Source: Polyangiaceae bacterium
GTDB taxonomy: Bacteria; Myxococcota_A; Polyangia; Polyangiales; Polyangiaceae
DNA: 64,000 nucleotides
Assembly: GCA_965222375.1 (NCBI GenBank)
Contig: CBDCTZ010000009.1
Coordinates: 192,001 to 256,000, forward strand
Direction of reading: 5' to 3'
Shown here: positions 1-8,408 of the stretch, piece by piece
Layout: every line of letters begins with the position of its first letter
Numbering within the stretch: position 1 is the first letter of the stretch
Notes under the pieces: generated by a model
The model's database searches: none
Told to the model about the DNA's origin: nothing
The model's input: the letters and a program-made list of their open reading frames with translations, nothing else
Program-made: the position numbers and the translations under genes

Positions 1-161
1 GACAGGTCCCAATCGTTGGACCCGCTGAGGCAAGGCACCGGCGTCAGGCCGGGCACGCTGAGATCAGCCGAACGCCGCCCAGTCGACTCCACATCGCTGC
101 CGCACGCCAGCGCGACCAGGCACAAGCTGGCCAGCGCGCAGATTCTTCGATAGTTCAGCAT
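1..161 (-). CDS. Lipoprotein, N-terminal part (runs off the window edge)
   Basis: Manual translation from ATG at 161: MLNYRRICALASLCLVALACGSDVES..., a signal peptide with an ALAC lipobox; starts 3 nt after the stop of the 165-1019 gene. Confidence 0.6.
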   Translation of the reverse strand, partial: MLNYRRICALASLCLVALACGSDVESTGRRSADLSVPGLTPVPCLSGSNDWDL

Positions 162-164
162 CGC

Positions 165-1019
165 TTACGCCCCCTCTACAACGCAGCGAAAGCTCGCCAC
201 TGGAATGTCCGGAGCATTCAGTCGTCGGGGCAAAGCGTTCTTCTCGACCTGCTCACGCAGCGCGGCGTGTGGCTTGCCCAGGGGCAAGAAGCTGTCGACC
301 GCTCCGGGTTCGATTCCCTTGGCGATGCATCCGCCCTCGCCGCAGGCGCCCTTCGGATCGCTGGGCCCTATCAGCTCGCCGGCCGTCATGAGCACATCCT
401 CGACGCCCGATGCTGCGGCGCCGCTACCGTGCGCGCCCACCACGGCAGTTTCGGCAGACGTGCACGGCTTGCCGCAGCAAGCCGCGGGCGAATCCCCCCA
501 GCCGGTTCGCCAGTGCTTGTCGCAGTCAGCAGCGTCGTCGCCCCATGCGTGCCGTTGAACCTCCTTCCCGCGGATCGCGAGCTGCCACTGAGCCGCCGTG
601 GGTAGCGCGCCCCCGATCCAGCGACAATACGTGCTCGCCTGGGGCTGCGTCACGCAGGTGACCGGTACACCCTCTACGCCTGCCGAATACGTGGGACCGT
701 CCACGCCTTTGCCTATCGCGCAGCCTCGGGAATGAAGCTCCGGAGTGCGGCAGACGCCGGCGTCGACGCACCTCCGATAGTCCTTCACCGTAATCGGATG
801 CTTGGTGATCGAAAACGAGTCGACCTTCATCTGCTTGCGTAGCTTGCCAACCGCGAATCCCGACGTCAGCTTGGCCGCGCCCACGTGGACGGACGCGGGG
901 ATGGCGTCCGCGGGTGCGCGTGGAAACGGCTCGTCGCTCGCCTCGTCGCAGGCGAGGACTGGTAGTGCGCTCATCAGCAGCGCTGTCGTGGTGGCCCAGC
1001 TTCGTTTCAACCGTCTCAT
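165..1019 (-). CDS. FGE-sulfatase (SUMF1/EgtB/PvdO-like) domain lipoprotein
   Basis: Lipobox VLAC; motifs FSITKHPITVKDYRRCV, PVTCVT..QA..YC.W.GG.LPT.AQW and a C-terminal FRCV. Confidence 0.8.
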   Translation of the reverse strand: MRRLKRSWATTTALLMSALPVLACDEASDEPFPRAPADAIPASVHVGAAKLTSGFAVGKLRKQMKVDSFSITKHPITVKDYRRCVDAGVCRTPELHSRGCAIGKGVDGPTYSAGVEGVPVTCVTQPQASTYCRWIGGALPTAAQWQLAIRGKEVQRHAWGDDAADCDKHWRTGWGDSPAACCGKPCTSAETAVVGAHGSGAAASGVEDVLMTAGELIGPSDPKGACGEGGCIAKGIEPGAVDSFLPLGKPHAALREQVEKNALPRRLNAPDIPVASFRCVVEGA

Positions 1020-1032
1020 CGTTCCTTTTCCT

Positions 1033-2190
1033 TTATCGTGCGCACCGGAATCCTACCGTTCGCGTCACGCTGGTCGGGTAGTTGCTGTCGCGTCGAATGC
1101 TCTTTTGGAACAATGGTCCATCCCACGTTCCACCGCCGCGAAGTCCGCGTCGGATGCTGTTGCCAGGGTCGGTTACTGCACAGTCGATGCAGGCTGCGAA
1201 CGCCCAAGTCACATGCCAGTCCAAGATCCACTCCCACAGATTGCCGGATAGATCCGCCTGCCCCCAGCGGCCGTCGCCCTTGGGCTTGGAGCCGACGCTC
1301 AAGATGTCGCTGAACGCGCAATCGCCAGCGCCGGAGCCGTCGCCCGTGCAATGGTAGGAGGCAAAGGAGCTGTCGATGCCCGAGCCCCAGGGGTATTCTC
1401 GCTGCTCGTCGCCGGCAGCGGCGGCATAGTTCCACTCGGCCTCCGTTGGCAGCCGCCCGCCGTCCCAAGCGCAGAAGGCGAACGCCATGTACCAGTCTAC
1501 GCAATTGACCGGTTTGTTCTCGTTTGCGCCAGGCAGATCGGTCCAGGTTCTCCAAGGCTCCGGCGGGGCGCCGCCCAGCCGCACGCAGGTTAGAAAATCA
1601 CGGAGCTTCGCCTGGGTTGGCGGCAGCTCCTTATCCCAGGCGCTATCCCAGCCAGAACCCGGGATGAGCGGATGCGGCCCGTCGCCTGCCTTCGGTTTGT
1701 TCGACGGGTAAGCAGCCACGAATGCGCGCATTCGTCCAACCGTCACTTCAAAGCGATCCAGCGAGAACGAACTCACCGTCGCGGGGTAGTTGGCGTTGTT
1801 GATCCGGTTGAACGAGCCTCCCGCCACAGGAAGGCTCTCGCAGCAGTCGGCTTTGGCCGTGCCGCAATTCATGCCGGCTCCCGCCTGTTGGCTGGCGCAG
1901 CTCGGCGGCCCTTTCCACCCGCTATCGGCTCCACTCGTGCCGGCGGAACCGTCGTTGTTGATGCCGCCGCTGCCAGAACTTCCCGCTGTCGCTCCGGCGC
2001 CTGCCATTGCGCCGCCGCCGTCGGTGGCCGCCCCACCGGTACCACCTGAGCCAGTTGCACCTCCGCCGTCGGCTTGTGTCCCCCCGGCGCCGTTGTCACT
2101 GGTGTCGTCGCCGCCACAGTTGGCGACCGTTGCCAGCACCACTGCGGTCAGAAGCCAGCGTGTGCAGACGCTGCGAATACGCGCGCACAT
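1033..2190 (-). CDS. FGE-sulfatase domain lipoprotein with Gly-rich linker
   Basis: AGGAGG RBS before ATG 2190; VANC lipobox; FSLDRFEVTVGR, PVNCVDWYMAFAFCAWDGGRLPTEAEW, DLSGNLWEW, GFRCAR. Confidence 0.9.
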   Translation of the reverse strand: MCARIRSVCTRWLLTAVVLATVANCGGDDTSDNGAGGTQADGGGATGSGGTGGAATDGGGAMAGAGATAGSSGSGGINNDGSAGTSGADSGWKGPPSCASQQAGAGMNCGTAKADCCESLPVAGGSFNRINNANYPATVSSFSLDRFEVTVGRMRAFVAAYPSNKPKAGDGPHPLIPGSGWDSAWDKELPPTQAKLRDFLTCVRLGGAPPEPWRTWTDLPGANENKPVNCVDWYMAFAFCAWDGGRLPTEAEWNYAAAAGDEQREYPWGSGIDSSFASYHCTGDGSGAGDCAFSDILSVGSKPKGDGRWGQADLSGNLWEWILDWHVTWAFAACIDCAVTDPGNSIRRGLRGGGTWDGPLFQKSIRRDSNYPTSVTRTVGFRCAR

Positions 2191-2400
2191 CGGTCGCCCT
2201 CCTGTCTTCATCTCGCCCCTTGAGCGCCCGTGACGGCGCCTCACACAGCGTAAACGCACGCACATGATCCGAATTGGATTTCTTTGGGAATTCTTCAGGA
2301 CTTTGGAACCATGTCCCCTACATGTATGCGCGTGTGAGGCAGGCGTGCCTGCGTGCGTTTCGCTGGGGCGACGGCGGAGTTCTTTGCAGGCTGGCGCGGA

Positions 2401-3126
2401 TCACTTCTTCGAACGATAGCGGATGATGAATCCTTCGCTTCTTACGGTCTCGATTACCGCGTCGTGCTCTTCCGCTTCTGCCTTCTCGAGCTTCTTGCGC
2501 GCCAGGTTCACCGTTTTGCGGGCCGCCTGGTCCGAGGCCGAGCCAACGTGTTTGCGGATCTGCGTGGGGCTCACGACCTGGTCGCAGTGATCGAGCAGCA
2601 GGCCTAGAGCGCGGCGCTCACGCCGCTCCAAGCCCAGAGGCTTGCCCCAGTAACTTGCCGTGCACTTGTCGTCGTCAATCTGCAGCGGAAACGGCGGAGG
2701 TGGACGAGCTGATCCCTCGGTTCGCAGACGATGGTGGGTCTGTAGGCAAGCCTCCAGGTAATCCACCGTCACGGGCTTTAGTAGATGTGCGACGGCACCG
2801 GCGCGCAGTGATTGCTCGTACACCTCTTCCGGCGGCTTTCCGCTGAGAATCACGACGAAAGGAGCATCGGGGAGGCTGCTAATATGGCGGCAGAGCCCGT
2901 ACCCCGCCGGCTCCCCGTCTGGTCCCTCTTCGTCGCCCAGAACCAGATCGACGACAGCGGCGTCAAGCTTCAGTGTCTCGAGCAGGGCCCGCGCGTCGGC
3001 GGCGCTGTGCGCGCCGTACACACGATGGCCCTGCTTCTCGAGGCCACGGCTGAGCGCCCGCACCACTGGCTCATCGTCGTCGACGATGAGAATCGTCAGT
3101 GGTCGGTCCGATCTGGGAGCGCTCAT
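2401..3126 (-). CDS. OmpR-type response regulator (receiver plus winged helix)
   Basis: ILIVDDD, VVDLVL (phosphoacceptor D), HLLKPV, C-terminal IETVRSEGF. Confidence 0.85.
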   Translation of the reverse strand: MSAPRSDRPLTILIVDDDEPVVRALSRGLEKQGHRVYGAHSAADARALLETLKLDAAVVDLVLGDEEGPDGEPAGYGLCRHISSLPDAPFVVILSGKPPEEVYEQSLRAGAVAHLLKPVTVDYLEACLQTHHRLRTEGSARPPPPFPLQIDDDKCTASYWGKPLGLERRERRALGLLLDHCDQVVSPTQIRKHVGSASDQAARKTVNLARKKLEKAEAEEHDAVIETVRSEGFIIRYRSKK

Positions 3127-3528
3127 GGCAAGAAAATCCGTCCAATTGTACGCGGTGCCCTCCCAACTCGGCCATGAGCGATGCCGGTTGCGTACGAATT
3201 GTCAGGCCGTCTCGCGGCAGCTGGATTCCCGATGGTTGCGCGATTCGTGCGCAGCTTATGGAAAAGCGCTTGTAGGCCGCATAGATAGCCGCCTGGACCG
3301 GCGCTACCCCGCCCGGTGGCACTCGCTCAGCCTTGGCGTTGCTGCCGTTACTTATGCGTCATCGTGGCCGGCAGCCACCGTAGTGCCGCGCCGGGTCGGG
3401 GACCGCGGTCCCACATTGCCAGTCATCTTCTCCCTTCGTCGCAGTGCGCGTACCCTTGTCGCGGCAGGCGCGTCAACGCACGGCCTGTGGGCCCCGATAC
3501 CACCAAGCGCGGCCGGGAGAAAACGCAG

Positions 3529-5469
3529 ATGCGGAAGTTCTTGTTCGTTCAAGGAGAGAAAACCGACGGAAAGTCCGGTTTAGCAGACGCGGCTACCGAT
3601 GACCTCGCGCTGGATGCACTGAACTGGCTGATGGCGGAGAGCGAGGATGCGAACAGGCCGAATGTGTTCGAGAAGTTTCCTGAGCTGTCGCGCAACCAGA
3701 TGATGAAGAAGGTGCTTTCGTGCTGGCCGGTGCTTTCCGACCGTGGGGCATTTCGTGACGCAGTGGACGCGATCTTCTTCGACGTCCAGGATGACGATCG
3801 AGCAAAGGCGCTTCCTCGCATTCGGGAGATCTTCCTGTCCAATCACTACTCCACCGGTGCTCGGGCCTTCGCGTTCCACATCCTGGAGAACTGGGGGGGC
3901 GAGTCGCCGGTGTTGCAGGTGCCGCCCGAGGAAATGGACGCCATCAATATCGACTTCCTTGGGGACTGGGACTTTTCGCCCCACGGCAGCGTCGAGAACA
4001 CGTCGGGGTTCCTTGCTTCGTTGATGTGGGACCCTCGCGAGAAGGAAGACCCCTACACATTCGTGGAACGCATCCGACAGCGCGCCGGGATCCCCTACGC
4101 GTTTGCCCACTACCAGGCAAGCCTGGACTCGGCGCCTTGGCAAAAGGAAATCTTGAGGCGCCTGTCCTCGACGGGCTGCCTCACCGCGCGCTACCTGCTG
4201 GGCCTCGCGTTCTGCAATGCATGCGCGCGAACGCGGGATGCAGATCACCCCCTTTCAGCGGAGATACCTCCACGAATCGAGGCGGCGCTCGGGGCGTGCA
4301 CGCTTGGCCCTGGTCCGGATACCGCGCGCGACGAATGGTTTCAGTACGCAAAGTTCTGGTTCAGCCCTTGCGACACCCACGGAAACTACATTGTTGCCAG
4401 CTGGGTTCCCACGCCCCGCCCCGGCGGCAACTTCGCGTTTGTCATCCTTGGCCCCGACGGCGCCCTGGACGGCTGGTGCGATCGGAGCGTTCCCGAAGAC
4501 GAGCTGCCGTCTCATGTGCTGGGGCGAATGCTCTCGCCGATCGATGCAGTGCTCGCTTTGGCGCTGGTGCGACGCGGATTCACGATTTGGGCCGAGGACA
4601 ACCCACCCAAGTCAATCAACCCGCGTCGTGGTCCTGGCGCCGAGTTCGATGCGCTCTTGTACATCGAGGATGCTGCTGTCCAGATGATCTGTGCCCACCC
4701 ACAATCGCGGCAGGAGGGTGAACTCGAGATTCTTCATCCGAACGTCGCCGCTTCCCCTGCGAAGTTGGCGGGTCTTCTCGCCAGTGATGCGTACAAGTCA
4801 TGGGGGCGTCCCCAGGGCTTGATGAACATGATCGCGCTGTCGCTGAATGCGATGGACTGGCGCGCCGATTTGCAGCAGCGCATCGTTTCCGAAATCGGGC
4901 GGGACCGCCTCGTTGCGGCCTGCCTTCACATGGCTGAGTGGCATCGAACACGCGAAGAGCACGTTGAAGCGGCGACCATGAAGGCGGCCGCTCGTGATCT
5001 GACGCCACCGGGCCCTGGCACGGTGCTTTTGGAGGCGCTCACTGATCTATGGGCGAACATCCTCGTGCCGATGTCGGACCACCCATTCGCGCGCACTGCC
5101 GGTGAATCCCTCGCGAAGCTCGTTCACCTACAGCTGGATACCGAAACTGAGGCTGCGGAACAGCCCCTCTGCGTCGGACGTGGCGACGACTACCGATCGG
5201 TGTTTTCCCTCGTGCTCGCCATGCTCCGGACAACCTTCGAGAACTACCCGAAGGCGTCACCGAGCGCCGCTCTGGGTGAAGTCGCCTCTCTTCTGACGGA
5301 GGGGACCCGAAAGTCGACAACCCGCGAGCACTCCGGGGAAATCAATTCCCGGTGCTCCGCGCTGCTCCGTGAGCAGGGTCTCGACGCTGGGCAAGTCAAA
5401 CTGGTCCTGCGTGACGTTCAGCTCGCCCTGATTCAGCGCCGCGTGCGCTTGGGTGAGGAGTCCGAGTGA
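3529..5469 (+). CDS. Hypothetical protein (~646 aa)
   Basis: Long ORF with protein-like composition from ATG 3529, preceded by GGGAGA; no family recognised. Confidence 0.65.
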   Translation: MRKFLFVQGEKTDGKSGLADAATDDLALDALNWLMAESEDANRPNVFEKFPELSRNQMMKKVLSCWPVLSDRGAFRDAVDAIFFDVQDDDRAKALPRIREIFLSNHYSTGARAFAFHILENWGGESPVLQVPPEEMDAINIDFLGDWDFSPHGSVENTSGFLASLMWDPREKEDPYTFVERIRQRAGIPYAFAHYQASLDSAPWQKEILRRLSSTGCLTARYLLGLAFCNACARTRDADHPLSAEIPPRIEAALGACTLGPGPDTARDEWFQYAKFWFSPCDTHGNYIVASWVPTPRPGGNFAFVILGPDGALDGWCDRSVPEDELPSHVLGRMLSPIDAVLALALVRRGFTIWAEDNPPKSINPRRGPGAEFDALLYIEDAAVQMICAHPQSRQEGELEILHPNVAASPAKLAGLLASDAYKSWGRPQGLMNMIALSLNAMDWRADLQQRIVSEIGRDRLVAACLHMAEWHRTREEHVEAATMKAAARDLTPPGPGTVLLEALTDLWANILVPMSDHPFARTAGESLAKLVHLQLDTETEAAEQPLCVGRGDDYRSVFSLVLAMLRTTFENYPKASPSAALGEVASLLTEGTRKSTTREHSGEINSRCSALLREQGLDAGQVKLVLRDVQLALIQRRVRLGEESE

Positions 5470-5599
5470 TGTCGGTATCGGCCGGGCTGTTTCGGTCTTC
5501 TTGAGCACCTTGCTTGCGTGTCTGCCCCATCGCCAAACGCCTGCGTTGAGAGTGCCAGATGGTCGGGCAGAGCGAAGAAGGGCCGCGGGGCAACTTCCT

Positions 5600-5686
5600 A
5601 CGTATTGCCATGTCACGAGGGGTGATCTTCGCGATGCTGTCGCCAAGCTCGGTACCCCGACTGGTAATATGTTGGTAACGGAGTAA
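5600..5686 (+). pseudogene. Probable C-terminal remnant of a tyrosine integrase
   Basis: TYCHVTRGDLRDAVAKL resembles the T-x(0-2)-Y-x-H...L..AV..L tail of tyrosine recombinases; ends 50 nt from the tRNA 3' end. Confidence 0.45.
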
Positions 5687-5735
5687 GCGTCGCCACCAAG
5701 TCCGCCGTGTTCTTCAACTCTTGCGTTGGGTTTTG

Positions 5736-5809
5736 TCGGGGCGGGCAGATTCGAACTGCCGACCTCACGGACCCGAACCGTGCGCGCTACCAAACTGCGC
5801 TACGCCCCG
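5736..5809 (-). tRNA. tRNA-Pro (anticodon CGG)
   Basis: Reverse complement CGGGGCGTAGCGCAGTTTGGTAGCGCGCACGGTTCGGGTCCGTGAGGTCGGCAGTTCGAATCTGCCCGCCCCGA folds as a cloverleaf with anticodon loop TT-CGG-GT and a GTTCGAA T-loop; CCA not encoded. Confidence 0.95.
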
Positions 5810-6051
5810 ATATTTCAGTCTTTATCGGCGCGGGACGATGAATGCTTTGGCTCCCCCTGTCAAGGAAGCGCTCAATTGGCGGGGGTTGTAGAGGGGCGGC
5901 TGGGATCAGTGGCGTTTGGGGCGCTCTGGGCCGCGGCGCGGGCGACGGTTGGCGCGGGTGCAACGAGGTTGGTTGGTGGCTTGGCGTCGCCGAATTGCGC
6001 GCGGGGCGGCGGGCAGCAACGCCCTTCGCGGGGGGTGCAATGCGTGCGCAA

Positions 6052-6915
6052 TCAGTGGCGTTCGGCGCGGGCTAGGCGCTCCCAGTTGCGGATCACGGTG
6101 CGCTCTTGGGCGGGCCAGCGCTCGGCCCAGTCCGTTGCGGTGTCGTCTTCCAATACGCGGAATCCGTGGTCTGAGAGCAGGTGCTCCATCTCCGGCTTTT
6201 CGTACTGGGCGCGGACGGATTCGCCGATCACGCGTGCGCCCACCCGACTGATCCCGAGAGCCCAAGCGGCTCGGAATTCCTTCGGCAAGTAAGTCACCGC
6301 CAATCGACTGCCCTTGGTTGAGGAGGATGCGATCGCGGCGAGCGTGGCGTCGACTGCCTCGGGCGCGAGATACATGGTGACGCCCTCCCAGATCCAAACG
6401 CTGCGCTCCCCCGGGGAGAAGTCGTGGCTTTTGAGCACGTCGTCCAAGGTCTGCTTTTCGAAGTCGATGGCGGCGTGGATCAGCTCTTGGCAGCGCTGCT
6501 CGTGTTCGGACACGCGCTCTCGCTTGTAGGACTGAGTCGCGGGATGATCGAGCTCGAAGACGCGCACGTCCTCCAGCTCCGCGATTCGATATGCGCGGGC
6601 ATCCAGGCCAGCTCCGACGATGACCAGTTGGCGGACCCCGTCCGCGATGGCATCCCGCAGGAAGGCGTCTATTTCGAGGGTGCGCAGCGGCACGCCGTAG
6701 CTGAGGCCCAGGGAGACGCGCCCGAGCGCCCGATGCATGAGCCGAGTTGCCGCCGGGTGCACGTGCGCGGCGCGCACGGTCCATGCCAAAGAACGCGGTA
6801 AGAGGCCTAGGGCCGCAGTGTCCTGCACGGACTCAAGGTTTCGCGGCCCGGGTGTGTAGAGCGCGCGCAAAGCCGCGACCCAATCGCTGGTGGAACTTCG
6901 CCGGTTGCGTCTCAC
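6052..6915 (-). CDS. SAM-dependent methyltransferase (LCM / TIGR00027-like)
   Basis: RTLEIDAFL, QLVIVGAGLDARAYR, VFELDHP, WIWEGVTMYL. Confidence 0.9.
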   Translation of the reverse strand: MRRNRRSSTSDWVAALRALYTPGPRNLESVQDTAALGLLPRSLAWTVRAAHVHPAATRLMHRALGRVSLGLSYGVPLRTLEIDAFLRDAIADGVRQLVIVGAGLDARAYRIAELEDVRVFELDHPATQSYKRERVSEHEQRCQELIHAAIDFEKQTLDDVLKSHDFSPGERSVWIWEGVTMYLAPEAVDATLAAIASSSTKGSRLAVTYLPKEFRAAWALGISRVGARVIGESVRAQYEKPEMEHLLSDHGFRVLEDDTATDWAERWPAQERTVIRNWERLARAERH

Positions 6916-7074
6916 GAGGCCAGGGTAAGTCTCGAGTGGGGGAGTGCAAGCTCGGACGCTGGGGCCGCGCGGCGACGGCGGCGGATCGGTGTATGGCGGG
7001 GGCTGATAGGGGGAGAAGGTGCTTTCGTTCGTTGCGGCGCGCGGGCTGCGCGCAGATCTCCCAGGGCGGGTGGG

Positions 7075-7730
7075 GAGCGCCGGGAGACCGGCAGAGGAAA
7101 ACAGGTGAAGGAAAGGAGATGAAAGCCAAGATCGAGTTTCACAAGTCCTGTCTCAGGAGGAGCCCACCCCTGAGAAGACCATCCCTTGCGTTTGCGGGAG
7201 TGATCCCGTGGGCGAAGCGTAGGGGGTCGAGCAAGCGGGCCGGGGGATTGAGCCTCGAAAATTTGGGAAACAGAGGAGCCGACGCCATCCCACCGGCGGA
7301 AGGCCAAGCGATGGTGCCCAATGCAGTGGGCGCGGGCACCGTCGTCCTCTCGGGGTCGAAGACTTGGGCACGCTTGCACATGTCCTCTGTACGGGAACCG
7401 GGAGATCTCAGAAGTGCCTCGCCGAAGTAGAGGCAGGCAGCCGCGGGAAGGCCCAGGCCGCAATCCGTTGGCGAAAGCTTCCGAGAAGTCGGACGCACTC
7501 ATAGTACCGAAGAAGCCGGGGAACCTGCGGGTAACGCCCAGGGACTCGGCGGAGGGAAGGAGTGCGGCCAATGGGAAGTCCGCCCAGCGAAACGTGCGCC
7601 GGACTCAGCGCCGGACAAGCACGCCCACGTACCTGGAGCGGATCGGAAACAAAGCAAAGCAGAAAAGGAGGATGAAGTTCACCAACCTGCTGTGTCACGT
7701 GAAGGTGCCGTTGCTGAAGAAGGCCTATGA
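7075..7730 (+). mobile_element. Truncated group II intron: ribozyme domains I-III plus the N-terminus of the intron-encoded RT
   Basis: Landmarks in the expected order: GAGCG (GUGCG-like 5' end), GCGAAGCGT, ATTGAGCCTCGAAA, GCCGACGCC..GCGGAAGGC, CGGGAACCGGGAGATCTC, GAGAAGTCGGAC..CATAGTACCGAAGAAGCCG, GGCGGAGGGAAGG; then peptide LERIGNKAKQKRRMKFTNLLCHVKVPLLKKAY. No YADD core or domains V/VI seen. Confidence 0.85.
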
Positions 7731-8245
7731 AGGACACGTGCTGGAACCACACATTGAAGCAACAATAGGACGTGTGCGTACGGCCGGCACGTGCCTGGTG
7801 GTGCACGACACGACCGATGTGACCGTTGGTGGCTCGAGTGAGCGCGAAGGAATGGGGGTGACTTCCCCCGCGGGTCAGGGCTTCTTCGCGCACATTGCTC
7901 TGGCGGTCCTGCCCGGAGAAGAACGGCTCCCCCTTGGTGTCCTGGGTTTGCGTCGTCATGTACGCCCGAAAGGCAGGGCTAGGAAAACGAAGCGCGCTCT
8001 CGCGAAAGATCCGCAGCGGGAGTCTCTGCGCTGGGTTGAGATGCTGGAGCAAGTGCACTCGGAGGTGGGTAGCGACGTAATCAATGTCATGGACCGTGAG
8101 GCCGACATCTTCGGTGTGCTTGCGAAGGCGCAGGAACTACTTGCCCGTTACATCATCCGTGCGGCACAAAACCGGTCGACTGATGAGGTGGGCGTCTACT
8201 TGCGTGATGCGATATCCGAACTCGAACCGCAGCTGCATCGTGGGA
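7731..8245 (+). pseudogene. Internal fragment of an IS4-family (IS50/Tn5-like) transposase
   Basis: LEPHIEAT, LVVHDTT (first D), GFFAH, PLGVL, ESLRW, VMDREADIF (second D), YIIRAAQNR; N-terminus and catalytic-E region missing. Confidence 0.85.
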
Positions 8246-8285
8246 CTCCAGCGTGCTGCGCAGGCCCCGGGTGGGGGCGGTGGGT

Positions 8286-8408
8286 AGTTGTGCGAAATCG
8301 CGCCGGCGACGGGCGTCTTGCCGACTGGTGAGGGCTGCGGTGCGGGCGGGCCTTTGGGGGCCCGCCACGTCCGCACCTCCGCCGGGGCGCCGGCGTCGAG
8401 CGTGTCAG
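8286..8408 (-). repeat. Left copy of the ~123-bp inverted repeat flanking the HNH gene
   Basis: Reverse complement aligns to 10227-10350 with ~13 mismatches and 1 indel by hand count. Confidence 0.95.

Noticed and set aside
5915..6980. Short G-rich similarity on both sides of the SAM methyltransferase (GGGCCGCG..GGCGACGG at ~5928 and ~6962)
   Set aside because: Too short and GC-rich to distinguish from chance.
165..8331. Diversity-generating retroelement (FGE/CLec-fold genes near an RT-like sequence)
   Set aside because: The RT is only a group II intron N-terminal fragment with no catalytic core, and I found no template/variable repeat pair matching the 3' ends of the FGE genes.
7321..8331. 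336-aa ORF as a functional novel protein
   Set aside because: Its first part is intron RNA read in frame, followed by RT and IS4 fragments that both lack essential catalytic parts.
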